A DNA stretch of 64,000 nt, taken from positions 309,318,001-309,382,000 of the forward strand of contig OZ024742.1 of the NCBI GenBank assembly GCA_964016885.1. The letters run 5' to 3'. The position numbers and the translations under genes were made by a program. Positions 43,821-64,000 of the stretch are shown piece after piece. Under the pieces are notes generated by a model. It did no database searches and was not told the DNA's origin. It saw only the letters and a list, made by a program, of their open reading frames with translations. Each line of letters begins with the position of its first letter. Position 1 is the first letter of the stretch. The stretch is from Eledone cirrhosa. Its lineage: Eukaryota.

Positions 43821-46800
43821 TTATCAAACTAGAAAGTTTTGGAGTTTTTCTCTTGAACAATCAGTACATGGAAGCAATAGATATGCTAAAAACTGCAGTC
43901 AAATCTCTCTTCAATCTTTCCCATCTTCGGAAGGAGCAATGGAATTGACCTCCATAGGTTTCGACAATGAATGTTCCTATTGTTCAATCAATGGAACAGC
44001 CTGCTCATGAAATTTGCATGTAAGTGGCTGAGCATTCTACAGATACATCGTTCTCTGGGAGATTCAGAATAATTATGTGTATGACAAGGCTGGCCCTTTG
44101 AATTACAGGTACAAGTGTGAGCTGAAAAGTTCATAGGCTTACTATGAAGCAGTGATGTTTCAACTCTTATTAATAACTACATAGTCCCTGGAAAGAAACA
44201 ATGTTGAAAAATAAACCTCATTTGGTCATTCCATGAGAGCATCTTGGTCAGCCTATGAACTTTTCAGTTGACCCTTGTACAATCTATCAGACAGGCTTCC
44301 AAACAGTTGCCTTCTACCCAATTTCACTCAAAAGGCACGTGTCAACCCAAGGTAAATGACACTTGCTCAAGATGCCACACTTCGGGGTCAAACCCAGGGC
44401 CTATTGTTTGCAAAATAAACTTCCTTCACCATTCAGTCATGCTATATCCACATACACAACTCTTTACAAATTCCCTACCACATCATTTAATTCTATATAT
44501 GGAGATAGATAGGACCTAATGATTGTGAAGTGACTTCTTAACCCTTTAGCATTTACATTACTCAATATTTACAATAGTATTTTCACAGTAAACACTTTAT
44601 TTCACATAATTATCTCACGTAATATCAAATTTATGAGATTTTGATACTATTTATTTTGAGAACAATACCTTAACATAAGTATGAGCAGCCAGTAATGGCC
44701 GGTTTAAACAGAAAGATGGTTTGAGAATTCTGGCCAGATACGGCCAGTTTAAATGATAAAAGGTTAATCATTCGACTATGCTATGTCCACATCTTAGGAA
44801 AGACTTGTTGAACATTGCAGTCAGGTATATAAAAGAAAAACATGATATTCTCATGGCAGGAATAGCATCTGCTTGGCAATAACTGACAATGTGGTGGTGT
44901 TGTTTTTTTGTATTGTTTAGCTTGAAGGAAGAGCAGTGCTTATGACCTTTTTCAGGGATTCCAAGATTGGTAGGAAGGAAGAAAGTATCCTCAAACTGGA
45001 AAGCTGGCATAAATGCTTATAACAGTGTGGACTTTGCTAAAGGTACCCAAGCGGCAAGTGGTAGATTGAGTTTACGTAAATGAGTGATGGATTTCATCCA
45101 TCACCAAAATGGGCCACAACAGGATTTTAACTCGGAATGCAAAAACCTGGAAAAAATATTGTAAGACATCCTGTCCAATGCTGTAACAGTTCTGCCAGTC
45201 CACCACCCTAGGCTGGTACTTTAGTTATCAACCCTGGAGGAATGACAACAAAGTTGAATTTGGTGGGATTTAAACCTAAAAGGCAGGGAACCAAAATCAT
45301 TATCACTGTTTAACATCTATTTTCAATGCTTGCATGGGTTAGATGAGTTGTCATGATATGATGCTAGCCAGGTAAGGTGACCACAACATCTTGCTGATAC
45401 AGATCTTCATAATGCCAACCACATTACATTACAGAGTGTACTTGGAGCATTTTTCATGACACCACCTCTAACACATTACAGGGTAGACTGGGTGCTTTTG
45501 TCATGGCATCAGAACAACTAACGGGGTGAATTTAGTTCTTTATTTGTTGTGGCACCAGCACAAGAAAATAAACTGTAATACATTTCATCCAAGTTATAAC
45601 GTTTCTGTCAATACATTGCCAAGAAAGTTTGAAATTTTCCTTCTTACTTGGCTTGAATTGTTAAACAATCCAGCATGGCCTCTGCCTGTTGGCTGCTACA
45701 CATAAAAAAGAAGAATGAACTTACAGTATTCTTAGAATTATTTTAATCATATTATTGAAATGGAGACAATATAAGGTGTGAGAAGACTCAACAGACTGGT
45801 GAAGCATGTCACAACCTCTCTAGTGTTAAGTACTTAACTGAGTGTATTTTATCCAGGTGCTGCCTCTATAGAGGTTGTCATGACTTCAACATGGCTGAAG
45901 AGTTTTCCCAAACCTATGTTACAGTTTAAATGCCAATCACTTTATTGAGTGAACTATTTTTTATTTATATAGACAGGTTGCCTTGTTCTGAGTAAGTGTG
46001 ATCAACTGGAGACAGAGACATCTTGTTCCAAGGAAATGTGATTTAGAATGGAGAAGACAGTGTTTGGAGCTACATGTTGGTTGTCGGTAGGAGATTGAGT
46101 AGATAACAGTTAAAGTGGGGAGTAAAGGAAGTGATGTGTGAGGTGGACTGAGCTATTTGCAGAAGAGAGGGATGAAACGAGGTACCTTGAGAGAGGAAGG
46201 CTTCACCATTGGAGATGATGGTGTAGAGAGGCAGTGATAGGGATATATGGATAATAATAATGATGGAATTAACACACAGATGACATAATAAAATGCGCCC
46301 AGTCCACACTGTACAGTGAGTGGTTAGTGATAGAAAGCGCATCAAGCCAGAAGACTTCTGACCCTTCAAAAATAATTAAAAAAACATGACTAGCACAACA
46401 TACTATTTTTTTTTATTTAAAATTTCAAATACAATTTTAAACAACTTTTAAAAAAAGACAAGAAAACATATAAGGGAGAAAACAGTAATTTCTGTAATTA
46501 AATATAATTCAATATTCATAAATAAAAAATTTTTGCAGCATTAAAAATTTTTTCAATTTTTATTTTACGCATTTTTATTTTTTGTTTTATTTTTTAACAG
46601 TAACAAAATTTAAATTTATGGAATGGCTAGTTGAAAGTATTCATCATATCAGCTTTTAAAATTCATCGAAGTATTATATTATAACTAAAGATTAATTATA
46701 AGAGAACTATTTATATATAAACACACTGAAATCGACAATACAGTTTTTGTCTTTTTTGAAACTAGCTTAATACACATACTTATAAATGAATATATTTATA

Positions 46801-47127
46801 TACATACACACACCTACGTGTGTGTGTATATATATATATAATTTATTAATTTAATCAATTTAAATGCCCGTGTAAAGCTGGTAAGCTATGACAGACTGAG
46901 AAAGTTATCTAATATCTCTTAAAATAATTTTTTTTTAAATGAGAAGGGCATTTATATATATATATATATATATATACAAATGTGTGTGTATATATATATA
47001 TACACATGTCTCTGTGTATATATATATGCATACATACACACACAAATATATATATAAAGAGAGAGAGAGATAATATACATATAATTACACACACATACAC
47101 ATAAATATATATATATATAACGAATGA

Positions 47128-47532
47128 ATGAAGATTAACACGGATAAGCTATACAATAGGGTTTTCTTCCAAGCATTAACATGTTTCATTGTCTAGTATG
47201 TAATTGATTGCGTCTTAAAATCTCTATCTACAATGTTATTTTGAAATTCGATTTTAAATACTGCTTATACCAGGCAAATTATCAAAACACTGATTTTGGA
47301 GTCAGCGGTGCAACATATTTAAGTTGTATGACTTAGTATAAATACGTTGCACCGCTGACTCCAAAATCAGTGTTTTGATAATTTGCCTGGTATCAGCAGT
47401 ATTCAAAATTGAATTTCACAACAACATTGTAGATAGCGATTTTATGATGCAATCAATTACGTACTAGACAATGAAACATGTTAATGCTTGGAAGAAACCC
47501 CTATTGTATAGCTTATGCATGTTAATCTTCAT
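47128..47532. repeat. Diverged palindrome, ~195-bp arms
   Basis: 47128-47320 vs 47337-47532; each arm has GAA-ACATGT-T (hammerhead-like 3' half) without CTGANGA. Confidence 0.88.
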
Positions 47533-47766
47533 CCATTTCTTATTAATGCTCCAGGAACAGCTTACGTCGGAACTGTTCAAAATCGGCCCTCTGAAAGCCA
47601 CAACTAAGTAAACATCTTGTTGAGTCAACCAACACCGCACAGTACAGATTACTCATAACCTTAAACAATACCTTGTTTACTCATATATATATATATATAA
47701 GGCCAGTTACTACAATGGCGCCAACTTGTTCTACCTGTGTCGATGAAGATGAACTGGAAAATAACT

Positions 47767-47837
47767 ATATTCAAACTCGCTCTATGGACTTGAGTTGCTT
47801 ATAGAGTAACTCAAGTACATAGAGTGAGTTTGGATAT
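47767..47837. repeat. ~70-nt hairpin
   Basis: atattcaaactcgctctatggacttgagttgct / agtaactcaagtacatagagtgagtttggatat. Confidence 0.8.
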
Positions 47838-47857
47838 TTTTACCTACCTATTACCAC

Positions 47858-47896
<39 letters not shown>

Positions 47897-47902
47897 ATAT
47901 AT

Positions 47903-48112
47903 ACGCTGTAATGTGGCCATGTAGGCAACACGGTAAAAACCTCCCAGCCCCACACTGTAAATGTGGTTGGTGTTAGGAAGGGCATCCAGCTGTAGAAAAC
48001 CCGCCAGACAGTCCTATGCGAGCAAGACAACCACTCTTGCCTCAAGTGGGAAAACCCCCGTCTAAACCCATGCAAGCGTGAAACAGGAACGTTAAACGAT
48101 GATGATGATGAT
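47903..48112 (+). mobile_element. RTE lineage 1 3'UTR fragment
   Basis: Matches 12928-13143 including the (GAT)n tail. Confidence 0.88.
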
Positions 48113-48587
48113 GTGTGTGTGTGTATATATATATGTGTGTATGTATATGTGTGTGTGTATGTATATATGTGTGTGTGTGTATGTATATATATATATATAT
48201 GTGTGTGTATGTATATATATATATATATGTGTGTGTGTATGTATATATATATATGTGTGTGTGTGTATTAGTCACAACTATTTTACATATACCGCATATA
48301 TATATATATGTGTGTGTCTGTGTGTGTGTATATATATATATATATTACATATTTTCCATATTTTCACTTTAATTCTGTGTTTTATTTATAAGTTCATAAA
48401 AATAATCTGAAAATCTGAAATGACAATAGAAATTGTTATAACAACAATATCAGGGAGAGAAAAGAAAACAAAGAAAAAACAACTTTTTTCCTTTCTATGA
48501 ACAAGAAATATAATTTTCATGTTCATATAATTCCATTTAACATAGAAAAACAAATTGATTAATTTCATGTATTTCCCATTGGTTGTT

Positions 48588-49088
48588 ACATATACTGCAT
48601 AATAATGGTGTGTAAGACACCCCCATTTCACATATACTGCATAATACTCGGGTATTAATCACACAACTATTTTACATATACTGCATAATACTCATGTATA
48701 AGTCATCCCCCCCCCCCATTTTACATGTACTACATAAGCCACGCACCTATTTTACATATACTGTATAATACTCGTGTATTAGTTGAACCCCCCCCCCATT
48801 TTACACGTACTGCATAATACTCGTGTATATGTCACACCTCTATTTTACACATACTTTATAATACTTGTGTATAAGTTTCACTCACATTTTTCATATACTG
48901 CATAATACCCATGTATAAGTTGGACCCCTATTTCACATGTACTGCATAATACTCATGTATAAGACACACTCCCTTTTTACATAGAACATTCTTGCTTCTG
49001 TATGTCCAAAACATAGGTCACATACCAGCAGTTTATGTTTCTATTGTTTGTGGGAAAAAGTTTGACTTATACATGAGAATATAGCATA
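48588..49088. repeat. Tandem ~42-45 bp repeat resembling an amplified MITE TIR
   Basis: About 9 diverged units of catatactgcataatactcgtgtataagtca..ccccatttta, closed by an inverted copy gacttatacatgagaatatagcata at ~49064-49088. Confidence 0.7.
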
Positions 49089-50687
49089 AGTGAAACAAAT
49101 AAACAAAATTTAAATGTGTGTATGTGAGAGAGAGAGAGTTAGGTCTTTGGTTTTAATTGTGAAATAACGTTTTGAGATACGTCCTTCATCAGATGGTAGA
49201 GAGTGGAAGAAACAAAGTGAGAAAGTAGGAAAAAAAGATGAAAACATGTCTGAACAAACATTTACACAACCAGTGTGTATATGGTTAAGACATAGCTGTT
49301 GTAATGTGGTAGAAGAGCTAGAGTAAAGATAAGAGATTTACTGATGCATGTGAAGAATATGAGCTTTCAGTTGTTTTTATTCGGTACAACTGTAATCTGA
49401 TATATGTAAGTGCACAGTGGAATTCCAGGTGAATTTGATCATTTTTAGCCACACACTTTTAGAAGATAATTTTCCATGTCTGAAAAATAAGTTGTTTTTT
49501 GTGAAATTCAAATCCTATCTACTCCCACTCCATCTCCTTCAACAGTTGTCTATGATAATAGTGTGTTTCACATGAATTGTCAATCAGTAATTTAAGAAAA
49601 GCTGTAAACAATATTTTTCATACACACACACAGTCTGCTTTACTCTATCAAACTTAGATGTTTTAATAAGCATTTCAACCTTGACCATCCTATTTTGTAT
49701 ATCAAGGACTACATTCTCTAAAGTGTCCTTCTCCTTTTAAGATAGTAGAATATGAATTCAGGGAATTTGGATGTTGTTTCTAGCAGACTGCATAGAGGGA
49801 TTCTGTTTTTTTCTAGTTCCTTTAATAACTATCCATGAAAACTAAGCAGTCAACAAGAAGCCCATATGCTGCAACTAACATAATCTTTGAAAACCAGATA
49901 CAAAATAGACAAAAAACTTTATCATATTTTAGTTTCTTTATTTAGTGGCTGGTGAAATAGAGAAATTACAATAACAACACATAACTGCTTGGATCTGTTC
50001 TTTGTAATTGCATTCAATGAACCAGATATTATACTAAAGGATATTCTTTGGCTAACCTAAAAGAATTGTAGCTTATTATTTTTGGAGTGTGGTGGGTATA
50101 GTCATATGAGGAGGGGAGTATCCATAACCATTGTGTGTGGGGGGTATAGCAAGAGCAAGAAGTTAGCATCCAAGACCACTTTCAGGGTTTCATAAACTGC
50201 TGGAGGAAATTATCCACAGACAGAGATGTGGCCCAAATGCTTGCAAATGAATGGAGTTAACTAAAGGAACCCAAGCTCAGCTGGTGGTGTTAAAGAAGGT
50301 GACAGATTAAGCCAATAAGTGTCCTCCTCAAACAGCTATAAAAGCATATATCATTTCATTAAATATATATTGCAATTGGTAAGGAATAGCATTGATGATG
50401 AGAGACAAGGTAGAGCCACAACTCAATATAGAACCAATATTTCTTTGGACCTGGTTTATAAAAGCACCGGTTTTTCATTTTTCAAGTATCACACCCATGT
50501 TTATATATTTCACTGATATACATTGGCAAAAGATATACATACGCACACGCATGCATATATAAGGTTGTTAAGCAATATTTCTAATATAGATAAGGGGAAG
50601 GACTTGTAGTTGATGGTGTTCATACAAGACAAGAGTCTGTCCCCTTATGTATATACATGTACATATGTATATATATATATATATATG

Positions 50688-51620
50688 TCATCACCATTTA
50701 ATGCCCATTTTTCCATGCCAGCAAGGGTTAGGCAAGTTGCCCTGTTGTGAGACAAATCAGATCAGATGACCGTGTCTTGCTCATACAGAACTGTTTCTAT
50801 GGCTGGATGCCCTTCATAATGCCAACCACATTAACAGTGTGGACTGGGTGCTTTTTTAATGACACCAACACGACCACTTTACAGTATGGACAGGGCGCTT
50901 TTTGTTGAGGCATGAAAACGACTATTTTACAGTGGGGTTGGGGGAAGTGCGCATCTGTAGTGTGGGGATAGGAAGGGTAGGTTTAGGATGGAGATGTAAG
51001 GACGTGGGTGAAGGATGGAGTGTTAGAATGTGGGGAGTGTAGGAAAGGGGAAGTGATGCATACTAGATGTAGGCTTCAATCTGTGCACCTGGGAAAGCAG
51101 GTCTTCTGTGTTACTGCATAACGCCAAAGATCTCAATCCTGTGTCATTGTCTTTAAGAGGTGCAAATTTGATTTTATCACCTCATCCCAAGCCTTCCTAG
51201 GTCTTCCTACTCCATAGTTTCCATCAACTTTGAGTGCTCTGTACCTTTTTATACAACTGTGTTCCTTCATATGCAACACATGCCCATGCACACTGCAACT
51301 GATCCCTCTTATGCCCAGTTTCTCTCTCAGTTCATTTATGCTTTACTCTTCATGTATATTACTATTACACATGCAATGAAGCATGCAAGCTTCATTTCTT
51401 TTCAATCTTTGCAGGTCCTCTGCACTCAGCAGTCAGGTCTCACTACCATGTGACATTGCTATTCATATACATGCCTCATACAATTTGCCCTTCATTTTGG
51501 GGGGAAAACCTTTTGTAGCTAGCAGCAGTAGTAGCTCCCTGAATTTTTCCATCCTTTTCTCACTCTGGATACAGTACTTTTGGAACACCCACCTCCACTG
51601 CTAATTTGGTCACCCAGATA
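50688..51620 (-). mobile_element. Older degenerate RTE lineage 1-related copy
   Basis: Colinear with 9161-10095 but much more diverged, with frameshifts. Confidence 0.85.
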
Positions 51621-51630
51621 ATATTGTATT

Positions 51631-51719
51631 GGTAAGGACTTCAGAAAACCAGTACAATGTGGTAGAAATATGGTCTTAATATATTTCTACTATATTTACT
51701 GGCTTTCTGAAGTCCTTAC
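51631..51719. repeat. ~90-nt hairpin
   Basis: gtaaggacttcagaaaaccagta..gtagaaatat / atatttctac..tactggctttctgaagtccttac. Confidence 0.8.
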
Positions 51720-52015
51720 ATATCAATAATTACATAATGCTTTATATATATACATATATATATATACATATATATATATGTATATATACATATATATATA
51801 CATATATATATACATATAGATAATTTAATATATCAACTAACATAAGCGCACAGATGCACGCCCATGCCAGCAAATACACAGGTTATGTCATAGTACCTAG
51901 GTGGTTCAATGCAGGAGAATGCAGAACAATAATATAAAGGACGTAAAATAAGAAAATATTTTTTTTTTTTTTTTTTTTTAAATTTTTTAAAAATTTTTTA
52001 CTTACTTAAATTTTC

Positions 52016-52097
52016 ACTCCAACTAATTAGTTTCTGCAATGGGATAAAGACAGTTATGTAATCCAACTGTCGAGAATTCATTGCGTCATCAGGGAGT
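52016..52097 (-). ncRNA. Type I hammerhead ribozyme (family G)
   Basis: Reverse complement of 53058-53139. Confidence 0.8.
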
Positions 52098-53057
52098 CTA
52101 TTCTCAGTTAAGTCTCCAGGCAATGCGCGGACACTGGCGGCTCATATAAAAATAATAATAATTCGGTAGATCGAACAGCTTGCGAGGACTGGATTCTATG
52201 TACCGAAATTCTCACTGCTTCAAGTCAAATGGCCGATTCTAAAGAATCAATCACGTGACACAGAGGCTAGTTAGAAGGAATGGGATGGTAAGATGACTGA
52301 CGCCTACTAACACCCCAAAAAAAATTTTTTTAGAAGTGGTTTTGACAAGTTTGCTCGACAAATCAGTGATTTGGAGATAAATATAGATAATTTAATATAT
52401 CAACTAACATAAGCGCACAGATGCACGCCCATGCCAGCAAATACACAGGTTATGTCATAGTACCTAGGTGGTTCAATGCAGGAGAATGCAGAACAATAAT
52501 ATAAAGGACGTAAAATAAGAAAATATTTTTTTAAAAAAAAATTTTAAAAAAATTTTTTACTTACTTAAAAGTTGGAGTGAAAATTTAAGTAAGTAAAAAA
52601 TTTTTTTTAAATTTTTTTTTTTAAAAAAATATTTTCTTATTTTACGTCCTTTATATTATTGTTCTGCATTCTCCTGCATTGAACCACCTAGGTACTATGA
52701 CATAACCTGTGTATTTGCTGGCATGGGCGTGCATCTGTGCGCTTATGTTAGTTGATATATTAAATTATCTATATTTATCTCCAAATCACTGATTTGTCGA
52801 GCAAACTTGTCAAAACCACTTCTAAAAAAATTTTTTTTGGGGTGTTAGTAGGCGTCAGTCATCTTACCATCCCATTCCTTCTAACTAGCCTCTGTGTCAC
52901 GTGATTGATTCTTTAGAATCGGCCATTTGACTTGAAGCAGTGAGAATTTCGGTACATAGAATCCAGTCCTCGCAAGCTGTTCGATCTACCGAATTATTAT
53001 TATTTTTATATGAGCCGCCAGTGTCCGCGCATTGCCTGGAGACTTAACTGAGAATAG

Positions 53058-53139
53058 ACTCCCTGATGACGCAATGAATTCTCGACAGTTGGATTACATA
53101 ACTGTCTTTATCCCATTGCAGAAACTAATTAGTTGGAGT
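53058..53139 (+). ncRNA. Type I hammerhead ribozyme (family G)
   Basis: ACTCC-CTGATGA-c GCAATG [branch hairpin GACAGTT/AACTGTC] CATTGC a-GAA-ACTAATTAGT-T-GGAGT; 10-nt palindrome, GUU triplet. Confidence 0.82.
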
Positions 53140-53280
53140 GAAAATTTAAGTAAGTAAAAAATTTTAAAAAAATTTTTTTTTTTTTTTTTTAAATATTTTC
53201 TTATTTTACGTCCTTTATATATATATACATATATATATATGTATATATACATATATATATACATATACATATATATATAC

Positions 53281-53312
<32 letters not shown>

Positions 53313-53446
53313 ACATATACATATATATATACATATACATATACATATATATATACATATACATATATATATACATATACATATACATATATATATACAT
53401 ATACATATACATATATATATACATATACATATACATATATATATAC

Positions 53447-53478
<32 letters not shown>

Positions 53479-53482
53479 ATAC

Positions 53483-53514
<32 letters not shown>

Positions 53515-53543
53515 GTATATATATATATATGTATATATATATG

Positions 53544-53577
<34 letters not shown>

Positions 53578-53578
53578 C

Positions 53579-53623
<45 letters not shown>

Positions 53624-54524
53624 CTGGCTGTTACCCAATGGGCAGAAAAGAACAACATGTTACTGAACGAGGACAAATTCGAACTGATCCACTTTGGAAA
53701 AGAGGATGCTCTGAAACTCCCGTACTCCCTTCCCTCCGGGGAAACTCTCGTGGCATCTAACAACATCAGAGACTTGGGAGTAACCGTGGACAGCAACATA
53801 AGCTGGACCACGCATATAAGCAGCAAAGTTGACATGGCCCGCAGAATGTGTTCCTGGATCCTCAGAACCTTCCAGTCGAGAGATTCCCGCACCATTATCC
53901 TTCTCTTCTCTACTTTCGCCCGACCACACCTTGAATACTGTTGTCCACTGTGGTCTCCCCACACGAAACAAAGTATCATGAAACTTGAAGCTCCTCAAAG
54001 GGCAATCACGAAAAAGATAGATGGCATGTCAGACCTTGACTACTGGGGTCGATTGGAAAACCTGAAACTTTACTCACTCCAACGTCGCCGTGAGCGTTAT
54101 ATTATCTGCATGATGTGGAAAATGTTCCATCATCACTGCCCAAATGATGTTGGCATCGCCTTCAAGATACACCCAAGGCTTGGGCCCCGTGCTATCCGTC
54201 CCATTCAAAAATCTAAATCGCAACTCATAACAACAATACGGCACAATTATTTCACCTCAATCGGCCCTGCTCTCTTCAACATCACACCAGGACACGTCAA
54301 AACAGAAACTGACCACTCAAAATTCAAGAAGTCTTTGGACAAATTCCTCCAAGTAATCCCGGACAAACCACCCACACCCGGATATGTCTCCGCAAACAGT
54401 AATTCTCTTCTCGAATGGGCCATGGTGCCCAAATCCTGAATTGAAAGACTTCGCCAGGTGGTGCTATTAAGTTAGACATGGCCTGGGCCAATACTGGCCA
54501 AAACATTTCAAAGTTATTCAAAGT

Positions 54525-54526
<2 letters not shown>
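53624..54526 (+). mobile_element. 5'-truncated CR1-clade LINE (open frame to 54439)
   Basis: [58 protein letters not shown]; short tandem tail ttcaaagtta. Confidence 0.92.
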
Positions 54527-54556
<30 letters not shown>

Positions 54557-54839
54557 CATATATATACATATATATATATACATATATATATACATATACA
54601 TATATATATACATATACATATATATATACATATACATATATATACATATACATATATATACATATACATATATACATATATATATATATACATATATATA
54701 CATATACATATATACATATATATACATATATATATATACATATATATATACATATACATATATATATACATATACATATATATATATACATATATATATA
54801 CATATATATTTCGTTTCTGAAGAGAAGAAAGGAATCCCC

Positions 54840-54884
54840 AGTCACTGAAGAGGTCACAGAGTGTGTGACGAAAGGACTATGACT
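54840..54884 (+). ncRNA. Type I hammerhead ribozyme (family H)
   Basis: AGTCA-CTGAAGA-g GTCACA gagtg TGTGAC-GAA-AGGACT-A-TGACT; minimal helix III, CUA triplet. Confidence 0.75.
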
Positions 54885-55039
54885 ATATATATAAACAACT
54901 ATCTGGTTGTGGAACCAACCAACCAACCAGAAATTATAAGTTTGTAGATTTGTAAATTTATAAATATATAATAAATTGAAGTGAAAGCAACTGGTGCGTG
55001 TGTTTCTTATTGGCAACATGACCCTCCCAAAGTATAACA

Positions 55040-57506
<2,467 letters not shown>

Positions 57507-57560
57507 CGTTTCTGAATTTGTTTAGCAAGATTCTTTATCTGAAATCGTGTGTTGAAACCG

Positions 57561-57918
57561 ATATTGTTATACTTTGGGAGGGTCATGTTGCCAATAAGAA
57601 ACACACGCACCAGCTGCTTTCACTTCAATTTATTATATATTTATAAATTTATAAATTTACAAATCTACAAACTTATAAATTTCTGGTTGGTTGGTTGGTT
57701 CCACAACCCCAGTCACTGAAGAGGTCACAGAGTGTGTGACGAAAGGACTATGACTATATATAAACAACTATCTGGTTGTGGAACCAAACCAACCAGAAAT
57801 TTATAAGTTTGTAGATTTGTAAATTTATAAATTTATAAATAAATAATAAATTGAAGTGAAAGCAACTGGTGCGTGTGTTTCTTATTGGCAACATGACCCT
57901 CCCAAAGTATAACAATAT
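57561..57918. mobile_element. Family H fold-back: arms 57561-57708 / 57774-57918, hammerhead in the spacer
   Basis: Arms reverse-complementary; plus part matches 54836-55042. Confidence 0.85.
57711..57755 (+). ncRNA. Type I hammerhead ribozyme (family H, second copy)
   Basis: Identical to 54840-54884. Confidence 0.75.
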
Positions 57919-58835
57919 ATATATATATATATATACATATATCTTAATCTTAATTCCTTATCCAAAGTCTCTCATTTAGTCTCAAACATGAAGCGACCGG
58001 AATGCTAAACATCTCTAAATCTTTCTGATTAATTAGATAAGGAAATGGGGCAATAAGAGATAAAACGTTTAAATAAATGGAGTTTTTAAATATTTAGATA
58101 TTCATGAAAATAACCATCCACGACACTTAATTTTAAATCAACCAACTAGTGAAAACATTAACTTTTGTGTGTAATAGGTTAGTACTAGTAATCGACCTCA
58201 GAAAGTTAAATGGCAAAGTTGGCCTCGATAGGATTTGATCTCAGAACGTAATGGGCAAGTCATTTTTGTCCAACGTTTTACATACAGACTTGCCATGTAA
58301 TTAGTGAAGGGGATAGCTAACAATCTTATTAATAGGCAGATCTGCCATGTAATTAGTGATGGGAATGGCTAACAGTCTTATTAATAAGAAAAGTTAAAAT
58401 GAATTATAGTTCAGCCCCGTTTTACAAGCTTATACATGCACACACACACAAATACAACTCGAGTGAATTTGCTCACACAAGTTACTCATATTTAAGGGAG
58501 GGGTACTGCAGAGATCAACCGAATAATCGGAGCACAATGGAAAAAAAAAGGGCATGAGAGAAACTCATTTCTTTCTATTTATCATGGTTCACTTCTGTGA
58601 TGTGAAATTTTAAAGAGGGAAAATAAAATAAAGTCTTGAACTTAAGTTATGTAAAGGAAATGAGGGGGTATAAACAGTGCATTGTAACCAAATATCCACG
58701 CACTGTTGTTTACAATAATACTATATGGTTAGTGCTACAAGTCAAACCTTTAAAAAGATTTTTTAAATAAGTTTGAAGTTCAACCCCCATCCACTCCTAA
58801 TTCTATACACCTCGGAATTACAGATGTCTATTCGG

Positions 58836-58874
<39 letters not shown>

Positions 58875-58883
58875 TGATGAAAG

Positions 58884-58948
<65 letters not shown>

Positions 58949-59168
58949 TATATATAGACTTAACCACGAACTTAAGACTGCTGATACGAGTGTGAATATG
59001 TATTAGTGTGAGGTTAACACGTAAATTGCCTGTGTTAAACCACAGATAAAATGGTCCCATTTTAAAATCCACATCGTCATAATCTAGTAAATAAAAATAA
59101 AACAATACAAATTAATTTTTTTTTTAAAATGAACTGATAATATACAGTTAGTTAATATTAATTATAAA

Positions 59169-64000
<4,832 letters not shown>

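Larger units (their letters stand above)
51818..53217. mobile_element. Family G retrozyme-like element: tandem (period ~567 bp) plus inverted copy
   Basis: 51818-52010 repeats at 52385-52569; 52570-53217 is the inverted copy; one hammerhead per unit; no ORF. Confidence 0.88.

Noticed and set aside
49160-49196. Minus-strand CTGATGAaggacgtatctcAAAACGT
   Set aside because: G12 missing and no helix I; too decayed to call.

Overview
Very AT-rich eukaryotic (metazoan) DNA. The long interrupted (AT)n/(ATAC)n microsatellites and the RTE/CR1/CRE LINE and tRNA-SINE content suggest a cephalopod such as Octopus, but this is inference. Almost every long ORF in the track (YIYI-rich) is a microsatellite artefact. 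One real host gene was reconstructed by eye: a 3-exon SMIM20 (MITRAC7/phoenixin precursor) homologue on + (32800-32914, 42363-42419, 43662-43702; 70 aa). The rest is mostly 5'-truncated LINEs (two RTE lineages, CR1, CRE relics), SINEs with TSDs, MITEs and minisatellites. The main unexplained structure is a dense set of short non-coding repeats in and between the (AT)n arrays. They form tandem and fold-back (inverted) arrangements and carry type I hammerhead ribozymes: nine complete cores in five unrelated sequence families, plus degenerate and half cores. Two copies show compensatory base changes, one unit runs from cleavage site to cleavage site, and several inversion or truncation points fall inside the ribozyme. 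This resembles a multi-family retrozyme / Penelope pseudo-LTR system associated with (AT)n.
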